Notes: generated by a model not told the origin, from the letters alone. A stretch of DNA of 64,000 nt from Candidatus Latescibacterota bacterium (GCA_965223905.1 CBDCXV010000009.1:320001-384000), one strand, 5' to 3'; positions 48,805-58,970 are shown, counted from the stretch's first letter. Made by a program: numbers and translations.

Positions 48805-49563
48805 TCTCCATCAGTGTGGCGGCACCAGAAGAACTCGAGCGGCATCCTCCTCGATGCGGGGGTTCACTATGCCGACATCATGGAGTACTTCCTCGGGGAG
48901 GCCGATTCGGCCTACGCGCAAACGCGCCTGCACGAGCCGACCCGCACAAACCCGGTAGCCGGCCGCACCGGCGTCAGCAGCGGCTCGCCGGGGGGCGTCT
49001 ATGAACGCTGGCAGAAAGACATGCCCGGGGAGTTTGCGGCCACCGCGGACGACGCGGCCTACGCCACCATCCTCTTCAAGAGCGGCGCGGTCGCCCAGTA
49101 CATCGAAGACTACGCGGCCCACGGCCAGAACCTGCGGCGGCGATCCATCCACGGCAGCCTGGGCTCGCTGGAGCTGCCGGGCGATCGCTCGGGAAACGGC
49201 CTCGCGCTTCACCTCGACGGCGCAGACCCCATGGACGACCACGATCTCCTCGACCTCGTGCCCGATCACCGCCTCGACGAGGCCACGGCCGCGCTCTTCG
49301 GCGGCGACCGCCTGTTCGAGTACCCCTTTCCCTTTCCCGAGACCGACCGCAAGCTGATCGCCGTCGAATTCCACGAGCTCGGCACCTGCATTCGACAGGG
49401 GCGACAGCCCGAAGTCGATGCTCGGCAAGGCGCTCGTTCCGTGGGCCTGTCCTACAGCCTGATGGAGTCGCAGGTGGCCGGCCGCGCGCGCTCCGTTGAT
49501 GCCGTCTGCGACGACCGGATCAACGCCTACCAGGCCGAGATCAACGAGCACCTGGGGCTCTGA
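48805..49563 (+). pseudogene. C-terminal part of a Gfo/Idh/MocA oxidoreductase lacking the Rossmann domain
   Basis: WRHQK..SGILLDAGVHYAD. No GxGxxG or EKP motif, and no room upstream before the divergent gene. Confidence 0.65.
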
Positions 49564-49732
49564 AACGATGGTTCTGAAGCGCACCTGGTTTCCCGTGGCC
49601 CAGGTTGGCCGATGCGGGGGAAAGGTCCGGCGAGGCGGTAGAGTTCCGTCCCTTGACCATACAAAGTGCCGGGTTACCCTGCCCACCGCCGCTTGTTGAC
49701 CCCGCTGCAGGAGGCCGATTCCTTTAGGTCCA

Positions 49733-50113
49733 ATGCGCATTCTGGAGCCTGACATGCACGAAGCTGCAAGAGACTGGTTGGCACAGTGCCGGAACAAGCT
49801 CCGCACCGAAGCGATTACCGCCGCGGATCTCGACCGTCTCGGCGACCTGCTCGCCGAACCCCGCCAGCAGGTCCTCTACCTCTACGGCAAATCGACCAAT
49901 ATGCGCTCGCCGCTGGCCAGCTGGGCCTTGTACGACCCTACCCAGCCGCAAACGCCGACCCTGCCCAGCGACGAACCACCCTACGAATCGGTGCTCGCGG
50001 CCATGGCCGATGGCTGGCGCGTGGTGCAGTTTCCCATCGCCAAGCTCTACGCGTACGAGGGTCAGGACAACGACTACCTCGGTTACGAGTTCGTGCTCGA
50101 GAAATTCGTTTAG
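49733..50113 (+). CDS. Hypothetical protein
   Basis: RQQVLYL...PYESVLAAMADGWRVVQFP...YEFVLEK; operonic with the next gene; upstream TTGACC-16-TACCCT. Confidence 0.75.
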   Translation: MRILEPDMHEAARDWLAQCRNKLRTEAITAADLDRLGDLLAEPRQQVLYLYGKSTNMRSPLASWALYDPTQPQTPTLPSDEPPYESVLAAMADGWRVVQFPIAKLYAYEGQDNDYLGYEFVLEKFV

Positions 50114-50122
50114 GAGAAACGG

Positions 50123-50920
50123 ATGTATTCAGTTGAACCGACGCTGAACGACGACGGCGTCATGGACTTCGTCGCTTCCGGTCTGGTCGTCCTCGAAGGG
50201 GTCATCGAAGAGAGCTTCAACCGCGGCTGCGACGACCTCGCCGCGGGCAACTGCGACGCCTTGATCGCTGCGGACGACTTCACCTGCCAGGTGCTCCTGC
50301 ATCCCCAGGTCGCCGGGGTCGCGCGCTCGCTTCTGGGCGAGGACTTCCTGGTTCCTCGAGGCGGGCACCACCACTATTTCAAGGGGCCGCACCTCGGCCA
50401 GACCTGGCATTCGGACGGGCTTTCGGGCAGCGGCTACGATGTCGTCGAGCTCCAGTGCTACTACTACCCTCACAGCGTCGAGCTGGCCGACGGGCCGACC
50501 ATGGTTCTGCCCGGATCGCATTGCCGCGCCGTCGACCGCGAGGCCATCGCCCACTACGGCGATATCCGCGGCCAGGTCTCGCTGACGGTGCCGGCCGGCA
50601 CCGTGGCGATGACCTGCTATGGCATCTGGCACAAGGCCGGCCCCAAGACCAACGACCGCGCCCGCAGCATGCTAAAGTTTTCCTACCACCGGACGGCGGA
50701 ACCCCGGAGAGACTGGCTCTTCGACACGCCGGAGATCCCCGCCTACCGCGATCGCCCGCGCCTGCCGTATGTCACCGAAGTCGAATCCTACCGCGACCGG
50801 GTGCGGCGCATCCGCACCTGGAACTGGCTCTGCGGCATGGACCAGGAGGTAGCGCTGCTGCACTGGGAAACGTCGAGGCGTGTCTCGGAACTGACAGGCG
50901 AAGGCACTCCAACGTCATAG
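50123..50920 (+). CDS. PhyH-family dioxygenase
   Basis: QTWHSDG, GPTMVLPGSH, PAGTV...IWH, R.MLKF. Confidence 0.85.
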   Translation: MYSVEPTLNDDGVMDFVASGLVVLEGVIEESFNRGCDDLAAGNCDALIAADDFTCQVLLHPQVAGVARSLLGEDFLVPRGGHHHYFKGPHLGQTWHSDGLSGSGYDVVELQCYYYPHSVELADGPTMVLPGSHCRAVDREAIAHYGDIRGQVSLTVPAGTVAMTCYGIWHKAGPKTNDRARSMLKFSYHRTAEPRRDWLFDTPEIPAYRDRPRLPYVTEVESYRDRVRRIRTWNWLCGMDQEVALLHWETSRRVSELTGEGTPTS

Positions 50921-50983
50921 GACCCTGGGCGCCGTTCCGGCCTGGTAGCCCAGGAGCGCGGCTGAACGTATCCATCTTCATCA

Positions 50984-50999
50984 CCCCCCCCCCCCCCCC
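50984..50999. repeat. C16 homopolymer between convergent genes
   Basis: Direct reading of the sequence. Confidence 0.85.
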
Positions 51000-51136
51000 G
51001 CCGCCGCGTCTCCCTCCGCGTCATCGCCATCGGGGCCTTCGGATGCCTCGCCACCGCCGCGAGCCATTTGGCGTCCAGCCGGCCGGGGCGGTGCGAAAGT
51101 CCAGCAGCAGACCCTTTTGCCGAAGGCCATGCGCCG

Positions 51137-51585
51137 TTACCCGCCTCCCGAGGCCACCATATCGTCGTAGCGCTTTTGCATCTCTTCCGGTGATACCTCT
51201 TCGATGCTGTGACCGATGTTCCAACGATGGCCGAAGGGGTCGCGCAGGATTCCGGATCGTTCCCCGTAGAACTGATCGGTGGGGGCCATCTCGATGCTGG
51301 CGCCCGCTTTTGCCGCCCGCTCGACCACCGCGTCGGCGTCGTCGACATGTAGATGGATGGTGACCGGCGGCCGCCGACGGTGGGCGGCGCCTCGATGCCG
51401 TACTCGGGAAACTCGTCGGACAACATGAGGGTCGCGCCATCGAACTCCATCTCGGCGTGACCGATGCGACCGCCCGCCTCGGACAGGCGAAACTTCTCCC
51501 GCGCGCCGAACGCCCTGGCGTAGAAGTCGAGCGCCTCGGCGGCGTTCTGAACACACAGGTAGATGAACATCTCGTGGATGGCCAT
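51137..51585 (-). CDS. VOC/glyoxalase (PhnB-like) protein; frameshift near 51370
   Basis: AAEALDFYARAFGA, IGHAEM, MLSDEFPE; next frame LHVDDADA...DQFYGERSG.LRDPFGHRW. Confidence 0.85.
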
Positions 51586-51604
51586 GCCGATACTCCCTTT
51601 CCTT

Positions 51605-52383
51605 TCAGGAATGTTCGAAAACGGTCTGTCGCATGCTCCAGGAAACCGGTTGCCGTCCGTCAAGTTGAGATCTGGCATGGAGCGCGTCCGCCAATGCGGC
51701 AAGTTCTGCCGGGCTGGTCGAAGCCTGCACTGCTGGATCCTCACAAAGGGGTTATGAAGGTCATCCCGAACATGGTGGCTGCATCCTTTGCCGCCAAGGT
51801 GTGCGGGGCGACGCGGTTTGAGCGGACACGGAGGCCGTTCAGCCCCCTGATCGCCGCCAGCCTCGGCCCGACGTAGAGCTCGCTTCCCCTGCTGCCGATG
51901 GCTTCTTCCACCAGGGCCAGGTACTCCGCGAACACCGGGTCGTCGGTGTGGATGGATTCCACCTCGTCCACCAGGATGACTCCCGTGGGGCAAATGCAGT
52001 CTTTCCAGGACTCGATGGCCCGGGCAGGATCCGGGAGGTGGGAGAGCAGCAGATGGCAGAAAACAAGGTCCGCGGGGTCGATTGGCGGAGGGCCTTCGGT
52101 CAGATCGTGCCGGAGGAACCGCAGCGTAGGCGCAGACTCGGCGGCCAGACGCAGGAAGTGCTCCGACCGGTCGACGCCAATAGTCAGGGCGGCGCCCGAT
52201 GTCTGCTGCAGGAGCCGGGTGGTGTAACCGGGGCCGCACGCCCAGGTCCACCGCAACCTCGGGATCAGGGGACGCGGCATCCCCGATGAACCTCGTCATC
52301 TCGGGCTCGAAGAGCCGCGCGGCGACCTTCAGCCGCTCGGCCGCCTGGTCGGAGTCTCCTAATGCGTATGCCTCGTCGCTCAT
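51605..52383 (-). CDS. Class I SAM-dependent methyltransferase; frameshifts near 52240 and 51750
   Basis: MSDEAYALGDSDQAAERL, DLG/CGPGYTT, GVDRS, HDLT, LLLSHL. The reconstructed tail ends SWSMRQTVFEHS*. Confidence 0.75.
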
Positions 52384-52394
52384 GGCGAGGCCGG

Positions 52395-52949
52395 TTACTT
52401 TGGCGGCAGGCTCAGCGCGTATGAAGCGCCGGTGGTCAAACTTTTGCCGGCGTATCGCAAAATGTGGTGCCGGGGAGGATGGTAGAAGCGGCCCACCTCC
52501 TCCAGGATTTCGCGTTTGCGCCGCATACATTCCCTTGCCGGGAGGGTCTTGTGCTGAATCTCCATCTCCAGCCGCAGCTGGCGCGGGGACAATCCGTCGT
52601 GGTAGCCCAAGACCTGAAGGACTCGATCCTGTACGCTGTTGAGAACCTTCAGCGGCCGGCGAAACGCGGTGGCGTAGAGTTCGAAATCCGCGGCCAGCAC
52701 ATAGCCGATTCTGCCGCCGGAGAACCGGCCTTTAAGCAGGTCGTGACGGGCGCGCAGGGTTTCGGCCAGGGCCCGGTCGTCCCCAAGGCAGCGGTGCATG
52801 AGCCGGGGGGGCGAGCCCGGCATGTCGCGAGCTACGGGAGTCACCGGCTGCAGTCTCCTCACAAGCTCGAGGTATTCCCTCTCGTCGCGGGCAGGCGATA
52901 CCAGTCCGTGGCGCCTGAGGCGGTGGGCGAGGATGGATTCCTTTCTCAT
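52395..52949 (-). pseudogene. Short (probably internally deleted) winged-helix/AlkZ-like family gene
   Basis: AHRLRRHGL, RLQPV, LLKGRF.GGRIGYV, GLSPRQLR, then an abrupt switch to a tail-like segment; only 184 aa. Confidence 0.45.
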
Positions 52950-52995
52950 GGCCGGGGCTATTTGTCGGGGCGGGGCGCCGTACTCGGCCCTGGTG

Positions 52996-53592
52996 CTATA
53001 AACCGCGCGCTTCGGGATGTGCGGCTTTCAGGTTTTTGGCGGCCAGCCGTACGGTTTCGCTGACGCGTCTGGCGCGAGTTTCTTCGCGCTTCGCCGTCTT
53101 GATCCAGAGCAGGATGACTTTCTTCACCGCCTTGTTGAACGCTTCGAAGTTGCTTTTCGCTGGTTTGTTCCGGGCGAGCGCCTGTGCAAGATCTTCCGGG
53201 ATAAAGAGCTTCTCGACGTCGTCGAGAAACGCCCATGAGCCGTCTTTCTTTGCCGCGTCGATTTTCGCCTGCCCGGCGGGCGGCATGAGGCCGGCTCTGG
53301 CAAGCCGCCTGACGCGTTTCTTGTTCGACTCCGACCATGTACTTCCGGGTTTCCTCGGTGCAACGAGCAGCATCGTGCGATCGTCGTCGAGTCGGTTGGT
53401 ACGGGCATCCACCCAGCCGAAACAAAGCAACTCCTCGACCACGTGGTCGTACGGCAGGTATTGCTCGGTCACATGTTTTTTGTAAGTAACCAGCCAGAAC
53501 GTGTCTGCGGTTTCGTGATTGGTCCGCAGCCATTTGCGCAGGGCAGCCCGCGATGCGAATTCAATCCTTGGGAAGTCTCGTAACTTGCTCAT
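52996..53592 (-). CDS. YdeI/OmpD-associated family protein
   Basis: LRKWL..NH, EELLCFGWVD, PRKPGSTWS..NK, IPEDL..AL, AKREETRARR. Confidence 0.88.
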   Translation of the reverse strand: MSKLRDFPRIEFASRAALRKWLRTNHETADTFWLVTYKKHVTEQYLPYDHVVEELLCFGWVDARTNRLDDDRTMLLVAPRKPGSTWSESNKKRVRRLARAGLMPPAGQAKIDAAKKDGSWAFLDDVEKLFIPEDLAQALARNKPAKSNFEAFNKAVKKVILLWIKTAKREETRARRVSETVRLAAKNLKAAHPEARGL

Positions 53593-53661
53593 GCGCAATC
53601 TGGCTTGCCGCGTAGCCGTCGCATCGGCGGTCGCATCTCGCGAATACAGTCCGACTGCGGG

Positions 53662-54492
53662 CTACCGCTTCTCCGCGATGATCCCGAGCATCGGCGGCGC
53701 CGACAGGAACGCGCCGGGATCCTGCTCGCGCTCACGCCACTCGGCCTCGAACGCACGGCGTTCCGCTCCCGTCAGCAGCCCGGCTTCCACCAGCCTCGGC
53801 ACGTAACCGAAGAAGAACCCCGCCGGCCACTGCCAAAACTCCGTCCCGGGTCGGGCGAAACGCAATATCGGGACGAGGTCGAGCACACGGCATCCGGCTC
53901 TTGCTAACAACCCCGGAAGCCGCTCGCCGACGTTGAGATCTCCTCCGGTGCGCCGCCAGCTCTCGTACACCGCCGCGAGCACGCGGTCGAATGCAGGGCT
54001 TCGCGGATACAGCTTCGTCGCGTGGTAGTTCAAGTAATCCCAGGCCACGAACCGGCCCCCCGGCCGCAGGCCCGACACCACCCTCTCGATGACCGGCGCC
54101 GGATCCGGGAGAAAGCAGAACAGCCAGCGCGCGAAGGCGCCGTCGAGGGAGCCGGGTTCGAACTGCAGGGCCTCAACCCGCTCCACGCGCGCCGCGAGCT
54201 GCGTGAGTCCGCGCCGCTTCGATTCCTGGACCAGCTTTTCGATGAAGCGTGGCGACTCGTCTACCGCGAGCACGTGTCCGCTGGCGCCGACCCGGTGCGC
54301 CAGCTCGAGAGCGGCGAACCCCGGACCGCAGCCGAGATCGAGCAAACGGTCGCCCGGGCCGAAACCGGCGCGGTCCCAGAGGTCGTGCGCTTCCTGCGAC
54401 CACAGGCGATGCTGCGTCTCGAGCCGCCGCCCTTCCTCGGGATCTGTGCCGAGGAGATACGGATTTTCCGGGGAGGGGCCGGTGTCTGTCAC
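53662..54492 (-). CDS. Class I SAM-dependent methyltransferase
   Basis: YLLG...E..RL..QH, LDLGCGPG, LRPGG. Confidence 0.88.
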   Translation of the reverse strand: MTDTGPSPENPYLLGTDPEEGRRLETQHRLWSQEAHDLWDRAGFGPGDRLLDLGCGPGFAALELAHRVGASGHVLAVDESPRFIEKLVQESKRRGLTQLAARVERVEALQFEPGSLDGAFARWLFCFLPDPAPVIERVVSGLRPGGRFVAWDYLNYHATKLYPRSPAFDRVLAAVYESWRRTGGDLNVGERLPGLLARAGCRVLDLVPILRFARPGTEFWQWPAGFFFGYVPRLVEAGLLTGAERRAFEAEWREREQDPGAFLSAPPMLGIIAEKR

Positions 54493-54631
54493 TGTTTGAG
54501 GTCGGGGTGGTGGAACGGCGCGTCCCCCTTGATGGAGACGCGGAGGTTCGCTGCTGCGCTGACGCTCACGGCGATCGCCTCACTCCTTCGTCCCGCGGTT
54601 CCCGCCCAGCCAACATCGGGCGGGCGGAGGA

Positions 54632-55205
54632 TCATCTGTCGCGGAAGCCTTTGCCGTCCAGGATCTTCCGGGCGTACTTCCCGACTCGTGCGGCGCGGGT
54701 CTTGGCTTGCCTGGCACCTGAGAAGTACAGGTTGTACTCCCGCTGGCGACCGGGGGTCAGCGACTCGAAGCAGCCTTCAACGCCGGGTCCTGGTCCAGGC
54801 GACTCTGGAGCTCCGCGACCAGGAGGAGCTCGGGGGCCGGGCCCACCTTCAGGCCCGCCTCCTCAACACCGATGGCCTCGTCGATGTATGCCTTGACGGT
54901 GTCGGCCAGCCGGGCAACGTCCTCGACCGAGGTGAACGGGATCCGGCGAGCTGACCGTGAGTTCGGCCGTTGCTCCTCGAGAACGCCTTCAGGATCATTC
55001 AACAGGGAACCCTTGAAGAACTGAGGGCAAGGAACTCCTTCATCTCCTGGAGGATGACGATGTTCCTGCCCTCATGGCTATAGCAGGGTTTGCGCCACTT
55101 GATCTCCTCGGTCAACCCACAGCTTAGCAGGATAGGCCGCAGCCGGGTCATCTCCTCCGGCCACTTCTCGGACCGTCTGATGCAGGCATCAACCTTGGGG
55201 TTCAT
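54632..55205 (-). CDS. YdeI-family protein (DUF1801 plus OmpD-associated domains); frameshifts near 55020 and 54770
   Basis: MNPKVD...LTEEIKWRKPCY / FFKG.LLNDP...AYIDEAI / FESLTPGRQREY..YFSGAKQAKTR...GKGFRD. Confidence 0.8.
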
Positions 55206-55216
55206 GACCACTCCGA

Positions 55217-55273
55217 TTTTCCGTGGACATCAGCGAATGCGCGGCCTGTGGTGGTCGCCTGAAAATCATCGTC
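55217..55273 (+). mobile_element. Tiny remnant resembling an IS91-like transposase C-terminal zinc ribbon
   Basis: FSVDISECAACGGRLKII versus the typical FxIDIxxCxxCGGxLKII. Confidence 0.4.
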
Positions 55274-55381
55274 CATCTGGTAATCGGCGATCTTCTGTCC
55301 CTGTGCGTCAAAGATGAAGGGTTTCTGGTGACTTGGGATTTCCTTTCTCTTACTTCAGAGGATCGTTCGGATATTCGCTGC

Positions 55382-56086
55382 TTATTTCCTTACCCCGCCC
55401 TTCGTCTTGGATTCATTTATTAGTTCTTCGACCCTCTCGAGGGGTGTGAAACCCACTAAGCCAGTGTGCTGCTTTATGTAGTCTCCGGTTTCCTTGCCTG
55501 CGCGATAGACTGGTCTACGAACTGTTGGGAAGTGAGTGATGATTCCTGCGATAATCCAGTCGTCTGTTCCAACGGGGAAGACGATAGCTCCGCCGGAGAA
55601 GCCTGCATTTATGTATGAGGAACTGTAGGTTCCCTTTTCTGTCGAGGCGAAGTTGGATATTGCAAGTGCTACGATTGGTATAGGTCTCCCTCCGACTTCA
55701 GGAACGTGGTCCGTTTCTGGTCCATGTTCTCCGTAGAATCCGGGGTAGCCTAGAGCGTATCCGATCTGTCCGTATATCACTCCATGTATTTTTCCGTGTC
55801 TTACTGGGATCTTCGATTCATCGAGCACCATGTCTGTTCTTAGGATTGCTATGTCGTCTGCCTTGCTGATTGCTACGGTTTCCCACGTGATCCCGTTCCA
55901 CTTGTTGTTGAATCTCACCAAGGGGTTCATGCCGCAGGGCTCTACCACGTGAAGTGCCGTTACCAGATATTCGGCCCCGTCAAGACGAATTACCACTCCG
56001 CTTCCTGCCGGGATCACAGTTCCCTTCTGGTGGCATCCTAACCAGAGGATCGGGTTCAGTACGTTGGCGGTGGGCCATTTTGCCAT
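55382..56086 (-). CDS. Trypsin-like serine protease, visibly lower GC than flanks
   Basis: GSGV, LVTALHV (His), DDIAIL (Asp), LGYP, INAGFSGG (Ser). No signal peptide. Confidence 0.8.
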   Translation of the reverse strand: MAKWPTANVLNPILWLGCHQKGTVIPAGSGVVIRLDGAEYLVTALHVVEPCGMNPLVRFNNKWNGITWETVAISKADDIAILRTDMVLDESKIPVRHGKIHGVIYGQIGYALGYPGFYGEHGPETDHVPEVGGRPIPIVALAISNFASTEKGTYSSSYINAGFSGGAIVFPVGTDDWIIAGIITHFPTVRRPVYRAGKETGDYIKQHTGLVGFTPLERVEELINESKTKGGVRK

Positions 56087-56390
56087 GTTCGACTCACTAT
56101 CTCTTAGTCATTTCCAGCCACCCGGGTGCTTTCTGGGACCAAAGTCTTTCCCGAACACGCAAGTAGGGCCGTGAGGGTTGCCAGGGCTGTCCATATGGGT
56201 GGCTTGAGCATCCAGAAGTCCTTTCCTTCCATCCCGTCTGAAGGGATTGCGAATCCGGCACTCTTGAATGTACCCGCGCCGTCCTCTAGAGTTCAACCGG
56301 CCGCTGTCAGTACGGTGGGCATCTTTCTGGAGGACCGTAAATTGGACAGGCAGGGTAAGCGAAGGGCTCGAGCCAGCGGGGACCGCGAAA

Positions 56391-57254
56391 ATGTCCATTT
56401 GCCTCAGGAAGCTGCATCCATCGATCGGGGCTGAAGTCACCGGGGTCGATCTGGCCGGCCCCCTCGACGGGGCCACCGTGGAAGCCATCCAGAGCGCCTG
56501 GAGCCGGTACGGCGTGCTCCTCTTCCCGCAACAACCGATTACCGATGAGCAGCAGGTGGCCTTCAGCCGCCATTTCGGGTCGCTGGAGATCTTTCCCCAG
56601 GCGGCAAACCGTTCCCGGACAGTCCCGGAGATCTTTCGCGTCACCAATGTGGGCGATGACAACCGCATCCGGCCGGTCGACTCCCCCGGCGCCCGTTACA
56701 GCACGCTGATTTGCGTCTGGCACACCGACAGCAGTTACCGTCGAGTGCCCAGCAAGGGGGCGGTGCTTCATGCCATCGAGGTGGTCGGCAAAGGCGGCGA
56801 CACCCTGTTTGCCAACATGTGCCACGCCTACCAGCAGATGCCGGGGGAGCTGAAAGAGAGGATTGCGGGGCTGAAGGCGCGCCACAGTTTTGAATACTCC
56901 CGCCAGCTGCGCCAGCTTCCTCCCATGGATCCGGCCGAGGCGGCCCAGGTGCCGCCGGTGGACCATCCCCTGGTCCGCCGGCACCGGGACGGGCGCCTCT
57001 CGCTCTACGTCAGCGCCACCTACATGGAGCGCATCCCGGGGCTGAACGAGGCCGACAGCAGGCGGCTCATCGACGAGCTGATGGCCTGGGCCACACAGGA
57101 CCGGTTCGTCTACCGGCATCGCTGGCGTCGCCACGACGTCCTGATGTGGGACAACCGCTGGTGCATCCACGTGGTGACCCCTTTCGATCACGGGGCCGAA
57201 CGCCGGGTGATGCATCGCACCACCCTCGCCGGCACCGAACCGGTGGAAGGGTGA
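56391..57254 (+). CDS. TauD/TfdA-family 2OG dioxygenase
   Basis: IGAEVTGVDL, WHTDSSY, GGDTLFANM, HPLVR.H, WDNR...H, R.MHRTTL. Confidence 0.92.
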   Translation: MSICLRKLHPSIGAEVTGVDLAGPLDGATVEAIQSAWSRYGVLLFPQQPITDEQQVAFSRHFGSLEIFPQAANRSRTVPEIFRVTNVGDDNRIRPVDSPGARYSTLICVWHTDSSYRRVPSKGAVLHAIEVVGKGGDTLFANMCHAYQQMPGELKERIAGLKARHSFEYSRQLRQLPPMDPAEAAQVPPVDHPLVRRHRDGRLSLYVSATYMERIPGLNEADSRRLIDELMAWATQDRFVYRHRWRRHDVLMWDNRWCIHVVTPFDHGAERRVMHRTTLAGTEPVEG

Positions 57255-57419
57255 GCGGGATACAGCCGTTGGCGCCCTGCTCGGTCGCGCGCCGCCAACA
57301 GGTCTTTTTTCTGGTGCTGCAACGACCGCTCGCGAGTGCAGTTCTCCAAAGCTGTCGAGGGTTTCGAGCGCGACGGTTTTGAGCTTGACTGAGTGGGTAG
57401 AGATCCGTACGGTCTGCGT

Positions 57420-58484
57420 ATGACAGAACCTAGGCAACCGGTCGAGACCGCCCCCGCCATCGACGACGGATCCACGACGCGCGACGCCAAAGGCGAGTGG
57501 ACCCCTCGGTTTCTGGGGAAAGCACAGCCTTTCGCTTGGCCGATCCAGCCCAAAAAGCTCCTCCAGTTTCTTCTCGGTTTCCCCGGTTTCCTTTGGCCGT
57601 TCGGCGCGGTCGCCTTCTACGGGCTCGCGGCTGTAACGTGGCACCATCTCCAGCCGGGGGCCGACCAGTTGAGCAACTTCAGCGAGCTGCGCGCCTCCTG
57701 GATCCTGCCGATGTTCGCCCGCAACGTCGCCTTGCTGGTGTTCGTCGCCGGCTCTCTGCACCTGATCCTCTACTTGCGCCGCGTCCAGGGGACCCGCTTC
57801 AAATACAATTCGCGGTGGCCCGGAACCAACAGCAAAGCGTTTCTGTTCAACGACCAGGTCAAGGACAACATCTTCTGGAGCGTCGTCAGCGGCGGTACGG
57901 TCTGGACTCTGTACGAAGTGCTCATGTTGTGGGCGTATGGCAACGGCTGGGCGCCTTACATTTCGTGGCAGGACAACCCCGTCTGGTTCTTCGCGCTGGC
58001 CGCGGTTCTTCCGTTCTGGCAGGACCTGCACTTCTACGTCATACACCGCATTTCGCACTGGAAACCGCTCTACAAGTGCTCCCACTACCTGCATCACCGC
58101 AACACGAACGTGGGGCCTTGGTCCGGCCTGTCGATGCACCCGATCGAGCACCTGCTCTATTTCACCCGCTGGATCATCCTGTTCCTGGTGCCGTCGCACC
58201 CGATCCACATGTTCTTCCTGATGCAGCGTCCGGCGCTCAACCCCGCCCTGGGTCACACTGGCTTCGACAGGATCGTCCTGAAAGAGGAGAGCGAGGGCAT
58301 GTCCATCGACTCCTATTTCCACTACCTGCACCACCGCTACTTCGAGTGCAACTACGGCACCGTCACGGTGCCTTTTGACCGCTGGTTCGGATCGCTGCAC
58401 GACGGCTCTCCAGAGTCGTACGAGCGCATGCGACGCAAGCAGCGGATCCCGGCTAAGACGGACCCAGAGGCGGGTAGCGCGTAA
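57420..58484 (+). CDS. Sterol desaturase/fatty acid hydroxylase family membrane protein
   Basis: His boxes HFYVIHRISH, HYLHH, MHPIEH, HYLHHRYFECNYG. Confidence 0.92.
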   Translation: MTEPRQPVETAPAIDDGSTTRDAKGEWTPRFLGKAQPFAWPIQPKKLLQFLLGFPGFLWPFGAVAFYGLAAVTWHHLQPGADQLSNFSELRASWILPMFARNVALLVFVAGSLHLILYLRRVQGTRFKYNSRWPGTNSKAFLFNDQVKDNIFWSVVSGGTVWTLYEVLMLWAYGNGWAPYISWQDNPVWFFALAAVLPFWQDLHFYVIHRISHWKPLYKCSHYLHHRNTNVGPWSGLSMHPIEHLLYFTRWIILFLVPSHPIHMFFLMQRPALNPALGHTGFDRIVLKEESEGMSIDSYFHYLHHRYFECNYGTVTVPFDRWFGSLHDGSPESYERMRRKQRIPAKTDPEAGSA

Positions 58485-58700
58485 GGGAGCCCTTCTCCCG
58501 GGTCTGCTGCGACGACGCTGCGTCTGATCTTCTTCTCTGCCCTGGCCGAACCACCCACTTTTTTCTGCATACACCGTCCGATCGGTATGTTTCGCGCCGC
58601 GAATCGGATGGATGCCTCTACCAGCGCCGCTGATCCTGTCGGTGGCCGCTCAGCAGACCGCGGTCTTTCGGCGCGCCCAGCGAGCGCAATCACCAACGTC

Positions 58701-58729
58701 TTGATGTCCTGACGTTATAACGCTACGTT
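58701..58729 (+). promoter_or_regulatory. TA operon promoter with spacer palindrome; probably leaderless
   Basis: TTGATG-17 nt-TACGTT; CGTTATAACG dyad at 58713-58722; ATG 7 nt after the -10 box and no SD. Confidence 0.55.
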
Positions 58730-58736
58730 CATCGTT

Positions 58737-58970
58737 ATGACGGATACTACGAAGAGAAGCACGGTGTATTTCGATCGATCGATTCACCGGGCGCTGCGGT
58801 TGAAGGCGGCTGAAACGGATCGGTCGATTTCTGATCTGGTCAACGACGCTGTGCGCCTGTCACTGGCGGAAGATGCAGAGGATCTGGCGGCATTCGAAGA
58901 TCGTGCTGCGGAGACCGATCTCGCATTCGAGGATGTGTTGAAGTCTCTGAAGCGCAGTGGCAAGATATAA
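58737..58970 (+). CDS. CopG/RHH antitoxin
   Basis: KRSTVYF...HRALRLKAAE..RSISDLVN.AV, acidic tail. Confidence 0.88.
   Translation: MTDTTKRSTVYFDRSIHRALRLKAAETDRSISDLVNDAVRLSLAEDAEDLAAFEDRAAETDLAFEDVLKSLKRSGKI

Noticed and set aside
50788-52530. 580-aa ORF suggesting an MTase-VOC fusion
   Set aside because: Chimera of frames from two separately frameshifted genes, each with its own start and stop.
54532-54615. Signal-peptide-like stretch METRRFAAALTLTAIASLL on the + strand
   Set aside because: Runs antisense into the YdeI gene with no recognisable mature domain; at most a remnant.
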